Positions 1 through 12,715 of a stretch of DNA of 64,000 bases are shown here, one piece after another. The stretch covers positions 83,640,001 through 83,704,000 of the forward strand of contig NC_087436.1 of assembly GCF_036321535.1 (NCBI RefSeq), in the 5' to 3' direction. This DNA comes from Camelus dromedarius (Eukaryota). A program made the position numbers and the translations under genes. The first letter of the stretch is position 1. Every line of letters begins with the position of its first letter. The notes below the pieces were generated by a model, which saw only the letters and a program-made list of their open reading frames with translations, was not told the DNA's origin and did no database searches.

Positions 1-62
1 GGAAGGGATAAAATGAGAGTTTGAGATTTGCAGATACTAACAACTATATATAAAATAAACAG
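1..62 (+). mobile_element. Older L1 3'UTR, left part (interrupted by the L1 at 63-3100)
   Basis: Similar to the L1 3'UTR at about 47350-47420; sequence resumes at about 3114. Confidence 0.8.
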
Positions 63-3000
63 GGAGAAGCAAGATGGCAGAGTAGAAGGACACTTGTAGC
101 TCACCCTCTCCCACAAAGACACCAAAACTCACATCTACGGACCCACTCAGCCAACCAGAGCACCTGCCGAACTCTGACAGAACATTGCCTTCTTCGAAAG
201 ACAAAGATGCCAAAAATCTGGTAGGAAAAAAGAAAGAAGAAAAAGCAAAACAGTGCAGGACCGATCCTGCAGGGAGGGAGCAGCAAAGGAGGACTGGTGC
301 TCGTTTGCTGGGTCTCCCCTCCCCAACGGAGAGGCCAGTGGGACAGAGGGGGGATTTCCCAGGCTCAGATCTGCCCTGAGCACCCCTTGACTGATAGAAC
401 TGAGTTAAATGGGCACAAAGGGTCCCCATGACACCCAGCCCGAGACGCGAGCCGATAGCTGGCGCCGGGGCAGGCGGCCCGAGCAGGGCAGAGGACTGGG
501 GCAGCTGCCCTCAGGCAGCCCCAGGGGACTTCAGGGGGCTGCGTGCCGTGGCTGGGAGGGGATACAGAGCAGAACCACCTCAGTTCCCCATAAATTGCGA
601 AAAAAGCAAAGCAACATGGCTGGTGTGCCCCAGGGGGAGGGGCGCAATAGCATTTGTCTCCTGAGACCTGCACCACCATTACTGGCACTTCTCGCGAAAA
701 GAGAGGCGGGGCGCAGCCACAGCCGCCATGTTCTCCTGTGTGCAGTGCCCGGGTGGGGGTGGGGCTGAGACCTGAATCCGCACCCAGGGGCTCCACAACC
801 TCCTAGGCAGGACTGAGACTTATTTACAGCTAGAGGCAGATAGGATGTTTCTGCCCTGGCACCTCAGAGAACTTCTGCCGCCAAGACAAACAAGGAGCTG
901 AGATTTGGCACAGAGCAGAGGCGGGGCCATTCCACGGTCTTCCCCAAGCCTGTCTTCAGAGCGCTGACTGGAGGCGGAGCTGGCAGCTGCACAGAGCAGC
1001 AGAGCGACCGGCGCCGGGCAAGAGCGGGCGGCAACCCACTTTCCTAGCAGGAACGCAGCACCTGACCACGGTGCTGGGAGGGGATGTGATCTGCCCACCT
1101 GCCTCCCCTGAGCACAGCATCTGACTGCGGCATCAGGAGCGGAAGTGACCCGCCCACCCACCAGATAAGAGCTCAACCCCTGACCCAGTGTTGGGAGGGG
1201 GCACAATCTGCTAGCCAACAGCCACTGGGAGCAGCACAGAAGAGGGTGCCAACAGAGGGCCTCTGGAAACAGCAAGCTGAGTTTGCAAAACAGGGCGAAG
1301 ACACAAAGACCTCGCGATAAAATCATTAAGAGTACAGCGTCTCCAGGAGAACTAGATAACTAATACTCCTTAAGCCACAGTGCCAAAGTGATATGAGCAA
1401 TATGAAAAAGCAGAAGAACCACTCCCAATTAAAAGATCAAGAGAAATCCCCTGAAAGCACGATCAAGGAAATAGACATCGATGGCCTACTAGATCAAGAT
1501 TTCAAAAAAGGAGTGATCAAAGTACTGAAGGAACTGAAAGAAATAGTGTTTAGAGATATAAAATATGTCAAAAATGAAACAGAAGTTATAAAGAACCAAG
1601 TAGAATTAGTAAACTCATTTGCTGAGATGAGAGCCAACCTAAAGGCTGTACAAAGCAGGCTAGACAATGCAGAGGAACGAGTAAGTGACCCAGAAGACAG
1701 GACAACAGAAAGCGCCCAATCAGAACAGCTGAAAGAAAAACAAATAAAAAACAATGAAAACAATATAAGGGACCTATGGGATAATATAAAGCATGCCAAT
1801 CTATGCATAATAGCGATTCCAGAAGGGGAAGAAAGAACAAAGGGAATTGAAAAGGTATTTGAAGAAATGACTGAAAACTTCCTAAACCTAAAGGAATCAG
1901 ATATCCAAGTACAGGAGGCTCAGAGGGTCCCAAACAGGAACAACCCAAACAGACCCACACCAAGACATATTATAATCAAGATGGCCAGAGTCAAGGATAA
2001 AGAAATGATCCTAAAGGCCGAAAGAGAAAATCAAAGAGTTACAAGGGAACCCCCATAAGGCTCTCAGCTGATTTCTCTACACAAACACTACAGGCCAGAA
2101 GGGAGTGGCAAGATATATTCAAAGTCCTGAATGAAAAAAAGATGCAGCCTAGGATACTCTATCCAGCAAGGCTATCCTTTAGAATAGGAGAGATAAAGAA
2201 CTTCACAGACAAGCAAAAACTAAGAGTTTAGCAACACTAAACCCATGCTAAAAGAAATACTGACAGGTCTACTCTAAATAGAAAAGAAGCAGGATGCTAC
2301 AAAAATGAGAAACTCATAACTGGAAAGGAGATAACTGCCATGAATTACAAAAAGAATAAACACAAAATTGTAAAAGACATCTAAATCATTAAGAATGGGA
2401 GAGGGAAGCAAGGAAAGCCATTGTGGAAAACAGTATGGAAATTCCTCAAAAGACTAGGAATAGACTTACCATATGACCCAGGAATCCCGCTCCTGGGCAT
2501 AAATCCAGAAGGAATCCTACTTCAAAATGACACCTGCACCCCAATGTTCATAGCAGCACTATTTACAATAGCCAAGACATGGAAACAGCTTAAATGTCCA
2601 TCAGCAGAGGACTGAGTGAAGAAGATGTGGTATATTTATATGATGGAATACTATTCAGCCATAAAAACCGACAACATAACGCCATTTGCAGCAACATGGA
2701 TGTTCCTGGAGAATGTCATTCTAAGTGCAGTAAGCCAGAAAGAGAAAGAAAAATACCATATGAGATCACTCATATGAGGAATCTAAAAACAAAACAAAAC
2801 ATAAATACAAAACAGAAACAGACTCATAGACATAGAATACAAACTTGTGGTTGCCAAGGGGGTGGGGATTGGGATGGGACAGAGTGGGATTTTAAAATGC
2901 AGAATAGATAAACAAGATTATACTGTATAGCACAGGGAAATACACACAAGATCTTGTGGTAGCCCATAGTGAAAAAAAAAATGTGACAATGAATATGTGC

Positions 3001-3100
3001 TCATATATAACTGAGAAATTGTGCTCTACACTAGAATTTGACAATGTTGTAAAGTGACTATTACTCAATAAAAAATGTTAAAATAAAAATAAATAAATAA
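63..3100 (+). mobile_element. L1 with GC-rich 5'UTR, ORF1, inter-ORF spacer, then only the 3' tip of ORF2, 3'UTR and A-rich tail
   Basis: 5' end ggagaagcaagatggc (YY1-type core). ORF1 homology from 1393. Jump at about 2417 into ORF2 end (WKTVWKFLKRL..DLPYDP). 13-bp TSD ataaaataaacag at 50-62 and 3101-3113. Confidence 0.93.
1393..2277 (+). pseudogene. L1 ORF1p remnant; open for 221 aa, frameshifted near 2040 and in the C-terminal domain
   Basis: Motifs LWDNIKHANL.II.IPEGEE and RPTPRHIIIKM; after the shift YKGTPIRLSADFS..LQARREW; stop at 2275-2277. Confidence 0.92.
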
Positions 3101-3113
3101 ATAAAATAAACAG

Positions 3114-3280
3114 CAAATTTATACTATATAGCACAGGTGACGATATTCAATATCTTGTGGTAATCTATAATGAAAATGAATATGAAAAGAAATATATGTG
3201 TGTATATGTATGACTGAAACATTATGCTGTACACCAGAAATTGACACAACATTGTAAACTGACTATATTCAATTAAAAAA
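3114..3280 (+). mobile_element. Older L1 3'UTR, right part, with A tail
   Basis: tatagcacagg...tgctgtacaccagaaattgacac...caattaaaaaaa; same family as 47420-47570 and 60430-60615. Confidence 0.85.
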
Positions 3281-5049
3281 GTTAATCAATGTTTTTGATA
3301 AATTGGAAAATTTTACATGACTTGTTTAGATATTTTAAAATATCCAGATGTTTGACATCGAGTTACCAATCATATGGGTGGATAAATAAGTTTTCAAAAT
3401 TTATACTGGATAACTAGACATGTTTCAAACTATTTTAGATACATAGTTTCAAACAAAATAGTGAAAAAGTAGTAACTGATTGTTAATCTTTAAGGATAGT
3501 TATCTTTAAACTTCCAATGATAAAACTCAGATAAAAGTTGATATACTTAAGATTAGGAAATTATTATTGTCATTTTCAAGAGCTCTCAAAAAATTTCCGT
3601 GTCATATTACAACAAAATATCTCCTCAAGTATCTTAGAGAAAAGCTGTCCATAGTGTACAGGCAAGAAGAATACTGAGGTAAAGGTAAAGGGGTAAATGG
3701 GATTTTTCCAAACCACAACCAGAATTGAAAGATTTAAGGGTCGCTGTCTCAAAGATATATACTGTCTGTCTGAGAAGGTCACAGCGAGAAAGGATCTAAC
3801 AGATCTTGGGTGAAGAAGAGGGCCCCAATTTAAAATCGGAGATAAATTTTCCAGGACTCCCATTCTTATACAAGGGTGTGGCTGGTGTCAAAGCAGCAGA
3901 TTAACAGTGATGGGTTAAGAACTCTATTCAGCTCTTGCTAAACTGTAAGATCCAGAAGCAGTCAGAGTGTATCTACGGCATTTCAGACAACCTGCATTAC
4001 ACAGAACAGCTACAGCATGACAAGAAAAGACACACAGAGAGGGGTGGGGCTCACATACAGAGGTTCATCTGCTGGTGCAGGCCGGCAGGAGCCCCCGGCT
4101 CAGAGCTGGAGCAACCGTGCTCCCATGCAGCTTCTGCCTTTACACTTGTCACCCAGGCACTGAACCTCTCTGGAAACCTCATTTTCAAAATCTGAGTTTT
4201 GTCCTGAACAGTATTCTTGGATCTCTCCCATTTCTGTAATTTTAGTTTTCTGAAGAAATACACTGATGAGGTGTGGTGAGTGTAGATTCTTGATGACTTT
4301 AAGGTGACTGAATACAAGGGAGGTGACTGCATGTACAATGAGTTCTACCAACATTAACATAGGGATTTTCTAGAAACTCAACTTTAGGACAACTTCTCAT
4401 TTTAAATATCTAATGTTTCATTTAAAGGATTAATTTCAAGGCCTTACCTAGAGAAACTTCTCAGTCATTGTTAGAAGGGAATATCACCCTCAGTTCTGAG
4501 CTTGGTGATAAATTTTATACCCACCAAAAGTGATTAGGATCAGATTATTACCAGTTTGAATGCCTCAAGTCACTTTTTCCCCACCATTTTCTCCCCTGCA
4601 CTTCAGGGTCTGGTGACGTAACAACAGATTTGCAACCTCAGAGCTTCTACTCCTGATGCACGTTGTTTCCTGGAAAGTCTTCCCTCTCCTTCATCACTTG
4701 GTAAAATCTATTTATCTTCCGAGGTTCGACTAAGTTGTGCCCCATCCCAACCTCCAACATATTAACTGCTTCTTCCTTATTCTCACAGAGTGCATTTAAT
4801 CTCGTATGATAGTATTTCTAAGTGTCTGTTTTGTGTCATAATTTACTGTGAAGGTATTTCTTTCCGTATCACTCTAAATATCTTAAGGGCAAGGAGTCTA
4901 TCTAAATTATCTCAAATCTCCAACAGAGCCTATTCCTACATATACTAAGAACCAAAAATGTACATACTCTTAGAAGCAGAAATTATCTTTATAGTTCCTT
5001 TTAAATTTAATTAAAAATTTACTTTCCACTTTCAGTTATAAGAGGAATA

Positions 5050-5300
5050 CATTCCGGGGATGTGTTGTACAGCATGGTGATTATAGTTCAAAATACTGTA
5101 TTATATACTTGAAAGTCACTAAGAAAGCAGATCTTAAATTTTTTTCACCACAAAAATGAAATGGTAATTATGTGACATGATGGAGGTGTTAACTAACGCT
5201 ATGGTGGTGATCATTTTACAACACATCAAATCAACACATTGTATACCTCAAGTTTACAAATTCTATATGCCAACTATATCCCAATAAAGCTGGGAAAAAA
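5050..5300 (+). mobile_element. L1MA-type 3' end fragment
   Basis: gtacagcatggtgattatagtt...tatacttgaaag...caactatatcccaataaagctggg. Confidence 0.75.
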
Positions 5301-6007
5301 TAAGGTTAATGATACAAAAAAGAAGTGAATTTCCTCTTTGTACATCAATGTATCATATGCTTGTAGTGTATAGTATAAAATATAAAGAATATACCCAATG
5401 TTCTTATGTCAGAATCAGAATAGCATTTATGACACATTTCATCTCCAAAAGGAAGAAATACTCCCCAAATCAGCAAGTTATAGGCAAAACTAGTCATCTT
5501 TGATCTAAATAATGCTTGAGATGGAACAATGGAATGCTTCCAAACAGGTTAAAGAAACACTGACAAGGCCTTCAGGGTAATAAATACCAAGAAACACAAG
5601 GTCTTTACCAAGAGCTCATTCTGTACTGTTACCAAAAGTAAAAGGAAAACATGAATCCTTCATTGCTGTAGTATCAATCCATTTTCAGGTCCTAGGAGGA
5701 GTGCCTAACAGAGGTTATCAAAACTAGAAAGCATCTCAGTCTGAAAATCTGAAAGAAACTGTTTTGACACCATGCCCAGCTTCATCGTATCTGGCAGCGG
5801 TCTAGCCATAAAGTGGCATGAGTCTCATGAATCTTAGTTAAAACATGGTGAAGGTGTAAAGGAAAAGATAATCATACTCGTGCTTTATTTCATGCTGTGA
5901 ATAGATACCTGTGTTTAATTCTAAATCTCAGCCCATGGAATACTTCAGAAAAGTTTCTTCATTCAAGTAGCAAACTTGACTAACTCAGATTTCAGCTCCT
6001 CACTTCT

Positions 6008-6442
6008 CTTTTTTTTTATTGTGGTAAACACACATAACCTAAGATTTACTATCTTAACCATTTTTAAGTGTGGAGGTTCAGTGTAAGTATATGCACATTA
6101 TTGTCAAACAGGTCTCCAAAACGTTTTCACCATGCAAAACTCTACAGCCACTAAACATCAACTCCCCTTTTTTGTTCCCTCCAGCCCCTGGCAACCAACA
6201 TTCTACTTTCTATCTCTATGAACAGAAATTTGACTATTTGAAATGCCTCATATAAGGGTAATGTCTTTTTGTGGGCTTGTTTCACTTAGTATAATGACCT
6301 TCAGCTTCACCCATGTTGTCAAAATTGACATAACAGCCTTCTTTTCTAAGGCTGAATAACCCTTGTATGGATATGCCATATTTTATTTATCCATTCATCC
6401 ATCAATGGATATCTGGGTGGTTTCCACCTCTTGGCTACTGTG
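6008..6442 (-). mobile_element. L1MA/MB-type 3' end fragment
   Basis: T-tract start, then ccagcccctggcaacca, ccattcatccatcaatgga, ttccacctcttggcta. Confidence 0.75.
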
Positions 6443-7759
6443 CCTTGCCTCTTTTTATACAGAAGTGTTAAACAGCAACTAAGCATTTAAAGGGCAGGAC
6501 AAGAAAGAATAAGAACAACACACAGATTCTGAAGTCCGCCTTTAACCAAATAAAATGAGACAAAATGCTCGGACATGACACATTTAGCGAGGCTGTCTAC
6601 TTCTTTAAAAAATTAAAGAAAAAAGTTAGACTTCTTGAGTTTAGTTGGTCTAGCTACAGCTAAGCCAACGTGGATCTTGAGAGAATCCAAAGTAAGGCAA
6701 CTTAATTTGTACAACACACAAAACCTTATGAGGTACCATGTATTTCTGTATTCTTCAGCCAAAGGGCATTTTATAAATTTTTAGAAAAGCTAAACACTTT
6801 ATCAGTAGCAAAAATGAAAACTGATTCAGTATAATGAACTCCCTTTACCTGTTTCTTTAGGGCAGACCATAGGCGCACTGGAAAATGCTGTTGTCTGAGA
6901 AGCATTAAAGCATTTTTCTAAGCACTGAACTATCAGCTATTCACCCATAAATCCAACCATTCATCCATCCACCAACCAAAGTATCAGCTAGGCATGTCAC
7001 TGACACTTCTAAGATGGATAAATCAGATTCCTGCCCTAAAGAAGTTTACAAGTGGGGTCAAGGGGAGGAGTCAGGAAAAAGGAAATGTCAATAGGCTTAA
7101 CAACTATGCAAAAGATGACAGGGTTGCAAAACAGAAGTACGTTCAAAGTCCTATGACAACTCCAAGAATAATAGTTGTTATTTGTTCTTCCAACCACTAC
7201 CATTTTCTTCTTCTCTGGCTCTTACTTTCTTGATTCTAACATGAGGATATCACTGCCAGTCAAAATTAAAGAAACTCCAAAGTGCGTCTTTCAATACCCC
7301 CTCAGAGACCAGTAACTTTCACAAAGATTTTCTTATGATTGGATGCTGCTTACCCTTTCTATTCCCTGTCAGTTTGGGTGGTAGCAGAGCACCAGGTAAA
7401 AGATCTCCCAATTTCCAAGTAAGTTCAGAATGCAAATATAATCAATCAGAATACAGGCAGTACCCAAGTAGTAAACAACTGTGCCCTAAAAATTTGTGTT
7501 TTAAGTCAGTCACCTAGAATACAGAACATATTCTCTCATAAGGAAAAAAATGTAAGCAAGATGTTTAGGTTCTTATGCCACTCCCTTAAGATCAATTTAA
7601 ATCAATTAAAATCAATCAAGTAAAGATTTACTTTACTCACGACAAAAATATGACTAGAAGAGTGACACAACAGTAGCACTGTGTGTTAAAACTGTGTGTT
7701 AAAATATATTTTTGTGAACTTGTTCAGGAACCTGAATAAAGTAACAAAAAGAATAAGTA

Positions 7760-8165
7760 ATAGTAGTACTAGAGAAAGAACATTTACTGAACCCTTACTA
7801 TGTGTTGGACACTATGCAAAACACTTTGAATTCACTGATTTAACCCTCACAACAATCCTAGAAGGAGGGTATTGCGAGAACCTCTTTTAGACATAAAGGA
7901 ACACTATGCAAAATGAAAAAAGGTTAGTGGCTGCCTGGAGACTGGGTTAACTGTAAAGTGGGCATGGGAGCTGTAACCGGGAAGAGTTAAAAGAAAATGT
8001 TCCAAAACTGATTTGGTGGCAGCTATACCACTCAGCAAAGTTACTAAGAATCATTCAATTGTACACTGAAATCGAATTTTGTGACATAAAAATATACCTC
8101 AATAAAGCTGTTTAAAAAAAAAGATGAAGAAACACAGGTTTAAAGTTTAAGTAACTTACCTAAGG
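7760..8165. mobile_element. MIR fragment interrupted by an L1M 3' end (about 7905-8120)
   Basis: catttactga...cctcacaacaatcct (MIR); aggttagtggctgcc...tatacctcaataaagctgtt (L1M); gtaacttacctaaggt (MIR resumes). Confidence 0.6.
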
Positions 8166-8168
8166 TAA

Positions 8169-8629
8169 GTATATTAGTTTCCTGTTGCTACTAACAAATT
8201 ATCACAAACTTAGTGGTTTAAAACAACACAAATTCACTATCTTCCAGTTCTGGAGGCCATAAGTCCAAAATGGGTCTCACTGGGCTAAAATCAAGTTGTT
8301 GCCAGGGCTGCATTCCTTACAGGGTGGAAGCAGTTTCCTCTCCTGTCTAGCTTTCAGAGGCCACCCGCATCCCTCAGTTGATGGCTCTTGCACTCCTTTG
8401 ACCTCGCCTTCCGTCAGGACATCTCCTTCTCTGACCGTCAACCTCCCTCTTCTAAGGGCCTCTGTGGCAGAACTGGGCCCACTCGGACAACCCAGGCAAG
8501 TCTTCGCATTTTAAGGTCTTTTTCTTAATCACCTCTGCAAAGTCTCTTTCCCCATATGAAGTGACATATTCACAGGTTCCAGGATTAGCATATGGACATC
8601 TTTGGGGGCCAGTTCTTTTGCCCACTGCA
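8169..8629 (-). mobile_element. MaLR solo LTR (MLT1-like)
   Basis: tattagtttcct..gct..taacaaattatcacaaacttagtggtttaaaacaacac...cacaggttccaggattag. Confidence 0.85.
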
Positions 8630-9183
8630 GTCACTCCTCTAGGCAGGTTTAAAACCAAATCCCAGCCCTGGCAGTCTGAGTACCTTCTTGCTTGAGCATC
8701 ACGTTTTTACCCCTACTGTGTACAGGTGAAGCGGCCAGGCCCACAGCAAGAAGGCCCTGGGACAGCTCTGAAAACGTCTTCTCAAAATACACTGGACACT
8801 CAGAAAGAAAGGATTTTGGGGTTTTAGAAACACATCTCACTCCCCAGAGTTCCAGGGGCAGCCAGTTCAAATTCAAAGTGATTGGCAATTCACGTGCATG
8901 GAAATACACTAAGACAAGAGCAATCTCCCATCTCTCTGCAATACATAAATGAAAATGCTGTAGGAAATCCTGCAGGAAAATAAGCTGTCAGTTATTGCCT
9001 CCCTGCCTCTCTCTTGTTCGCTTGTTTACATTTTTTTTAAATAAACAATGCAATCTTCAACATCCCAAGGCCTATTTGATTTTTCAGTGAAAAAGACAGT
9101 TTAATAATTTTTATCCTAATTCTGAAAAGTGTAACTGAAGAGATTAAAAAAAAAAAAGATGATTATGTTCAACTATGAAACAA

Positions 9184-9232
9184 CAGAGAAAACCAAACGG
9201 ATATAAGACAGAGCAAACCAAACGGATATAAG
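9184..9232. repeat. Short tandem duplication, about 25-bp unit
   Basis: cagag(a/c)aaaccaaacggatataag occurs twice. Confidence 0.8.
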
Positions 9233-9465
9233 CCAGCCTGCCCAAATAATCAGAAACAATCCCTTGGGTCTGCTCCCTCAATATCATCTGCTTCAAACGA
9301 CAAGCAAATACACAAATACACAAAATAAAACGATAAACTGAATTTTTTTTCCCTACAACAGAAGTATTAGAATGACTCATTGAGCACTCTCATGAAGAGA
9401 AGAGAAAGGAAGGAAGGAAACAGCAGGTACGAAGAAACCTATAGCGGTGTCCCCAATACCCTTTT

Positions 9466-9655
9466 TATTTTTATTTATTTACTTATTTAATAAATATCTT
9501 TTTTATTTTATTTATTATTGTATTATTTAATTATTTAATTTTGGTGGGGGAGGGGAGGTAATTAGGTTTATTTATTTTTAGAGGTACTGGGGATTGAACC
9601 CAGGACCTCATGTATACTAAGCATGCACTCTACCACTTAAGCTATACCCTCCCCA
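9466..9655 (-). mobile_element. tRNA-derived SINE (camelid vic-1-like)
   Basis: Reverse strand reads ggggagggtatagcttaagtggtagag...gggttcaatcccc (A/B boxes) with an AT-rich tail. TSD cccaataccctttt at 9452-9465 and 9658-9671. Confidence 0.88.
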
Positions 9656-12169
9656 CTCCCAATACCCTTTTAAATTTTATTTTCTTTAACAGTAACTTCT
9701 TTATCATGATTATTAGAATATTAAACTTTAAAACCAGAATACTCATCTTGATATATCATCTTATTCTTTAATCAGTTGCCTAGCCAGACCTTTCTATAAT
9801 ACTATCAGTTGATTTTCTGAAATTTTTTTCAACATGGCTTTCCCAATTCCCTTTTTAGACTACAACCCAAATGCAGAGTTTCTTTCTATGTGTAGGCATT
9901 GCCTCTTGCAAACTGTTTCCTGAAAAAATTTACAGGATTATTGCTGAACACACACATTAACAATTTATATTTGCAAAGCAGAAGTTTTGTGGAAGTTGTA
10001 GCACAAGGAATGGTTACTAATTAAAAAAACACAAATGCTAGTGAGAGGAAAATTCAACAACACTGTACTTCTTACAGAAATTGATGAACTGCCTCATTCA
10101 GTAGCAGAAAAATTACATCTGTACTAATTATTAACACTTCTTTAAGAAGGCCCCCCTCCCTTACAGCTGGATTCCAAAGTTCATTTTAAGTCAGGTTTAG
10201 AACTCAGAATACACTTTCTGATTAAGACAATGATTAAATGATTTAACTCCAAGTTTGCCCTGAGCAACCAAAATAACCCCAAAAAGTTTTGAAGCACCAT
10301 ACATTTGAAATGGAAAAAATCCCCCCAAAAGAAAACTATATCTGGAATGAAAACTTTAAAACAAAACACCCATTTTAAAAACGACAGAGTAATAAGTTAT
10401 GTTTTACCTAAAATTCACTCATTCATTTAACGAGTAGTACCTACATCAGCCAAGAATGGGGAAACATCAAAATAAGTTACTGCCTTTGTGGAACTTACTT
10501 TTAGTGTATGGGGTGGGCAGTGTAGGACATATGAATAAGTGACTATATGATAAATCAAGTATTGAATGTATCTCAAATATGGGTCCTTGAAGGACTAATT
10601 CAAATGGATTCGGTCCATTTGAAGGGCTATAAAAATAGCTTTTTATTTTGATGCTGCTTAATTCTACTGAAGAATTTACGGAATCTTTTTCTCTTACACA
10701 TAGTAGATGTTTTATCAAATCATGGAAAGTAGCGGGCAGGGTGGGAAGAGGATGTTAAAGAAAGGGGGGGATAGAGGAGGGAGACAGAAGTCAGAGAGGC
10801 AGGCAAAGGAGGTGGCTAGTAAGAGTCAGCAGAGGGGAGGAAGCGATGAGAGATACTAAGATTCTGAACAAGCATTTGTATGACAAAGGGTTTTCTAAAG
10901 GAGAACAAATCAATTCTTGTTCTGTGAAAATGGATGAGTCAGAGGAAGAATTCAGCATTTGCACAATTTTCCAGAACGAAAAGAAAAGAGGTGGGAGAAA
11001 CAGGGAATCAGTTTCCAAGATAAGGGAGTTTAAACACAATCTGAGTAAGGAGTCAGCTGCTGCAGGGAGGCTCCAGAGTGGTGGGAACAAGGGGTTACTA
11101 GGTTGTATCAACAAGGAATTGTTACTGTTTCAGTGTATATAGGCGTGTGTGTATGTACATTTATATATATATGTCTATATATGTGTCAATCATGAAACAG
11201 TCATTTAAAAACTATGTAGATTTTAATATTATGACCTAACTAGAAGTCAGTGAAATATTTATGGGATGTGCACCATTCACTTGGAGTAACCGACCTTTCT
11301 GGCCACTGAAATAGTGAGGGGACACTATTCTAAAACTGACAACCATCTAAATATTCATCAAGAGAGAATAAAGCAAATTATAAAGCATAGAGGAATACTA
11401 TAAAAACTCTTACAACTGGCATAAACTAATGTTTGCTGACACAGAAAAATGTTCATGGCATGTTATTTAGATGATAAACCTGGTAATAGGATAGCAAGTA
11501 TGAAGAGTCTTTCATGTAAAATGCATTTAAATTTCTGAGTAGAGATTTCTAAAAGGATGTTCAGGAAAATGTGAGGAGCAATGGGTCACTGGGTAACTTT
11601 TACTTTTTCATTTTACACTTTTTGGTATTATTTTAGTTACTTAACAAGGAGGGAGTATCATTTTAATGGAATAATGTTACTTAAAAACATTTAAAAGTGA
11701 TGAGAGTATATGCTTCTGTGAAGCTTAGCCGTCTGATAACAGTATCATGACCTCACCCAGACCAAACAAACCACATTTAATAAGATGTTCCCTTATTCCA
11801 CAGCAACAGGTTGGCCACCCAGAGAGAGGTTACTAACACTCCAGCAGTTTCATCTGAAAACTTCTTCAGGGTGAGATCATTTCACCTCAGTGTTACCTCT
11901 AGAAAAACAATTTTCATTAGTAAAAAGGCATTACGAATCATCAAACTATATACTTTACATAAATAATTACTATGAAAAGGTAAACCCAAGACATACTATA
12001 TGAAGAAAGCCTCTTCTACCTGGGAATAACACGTGGCATTCCTGGAGGTGACTCTTTGGGAAGATATTTAACCAGTATACTCCTAGGTCAACTAAATTAA
12101 AATCAGTTCCCTGATAGTCCTGAGAATTAATTTTATACCAAAGTTTCACTGTACATTATATTTAATCTT

Positions 12170-12310
12170 TTTTAAAATTTTATTTATTTATTTTGGAGGG
12201 GACATAATTTTTATTTAATTTATTAATTTTTAAATGGAGTTTCTGGGGATTGAACCCAGGACCTTGTGCATGCTAAGTACACACTGTACCACTGAGCTGT
12301 ACCCTCCACA
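12170..12310 (-). mobile_element. tRNA-derived SINE (vic-1-like)
   Basis: A/B boxes agctcagtgg / ggttcaatccc on the - strand; imperfect TSD tat(a/g)tttaatctt. Confidence 0.85.
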
Positions 12311-12613
12311 ATATGTTTAATCTTAAACAAATATGCCTCTACTGAATAAGTAATGTTGACAGGTGAATGTATTCTTTCTACCTCCATAGGATGATAGCAA
12401 ATTTCCATAGAAAAGTAAGACGACCAGAGTTTCTTTTCAAAAGTTTTTATAAAAACATAATTATATTTCATAGGTCCTTGTTTATATGTTCGAGGGACCA
12501 GACAGCCTCGTTAGTTGGTGCTAAAACTTATAAATAATATGTCAGGCTACCAGTATCATTTGAAACACGCCGTCCTGGCATTAATGAGCTTGCAGGCATC
12601 CACATTTACTTAC

Positions 12614-12715
12614 TAGGTACGAGCGGTAGATGAGTTGCCTGATGGCGAGCCAATTAATAAAGGAATGTTCAGTGTAAACTGTTTGCTGTACGGTACACTC
12701 CTCAGGCAGGTCCCA
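12614..12715 (-). CDS. Candidate alternative cassette exon of FAM13A, (H)GTCLRSVPYSKQFTLNIPLLIGSPSGNSSTART(Y)
   Basis: Pyrimidine-rich acceptor ...ctcttctgcatcggttctgttgttcag|T, donor CCTA|gtaagt. 102 nt, phase 2-2, no stop in the FAM13A frame. No transcript evidence. Confidence 0.35.

Noticed and set aside
365..1326. Long ORFs of 119-168 aa in the L1 5'UTR
   Set aside because: Stops are rare in GC-rich sequence and no domain is recognisable.
7590..7705. Short tandem duplications (atcaatt/aaa units; actgtgtgttaaa twice)
   Set aside because: These are ordinary slippage products.
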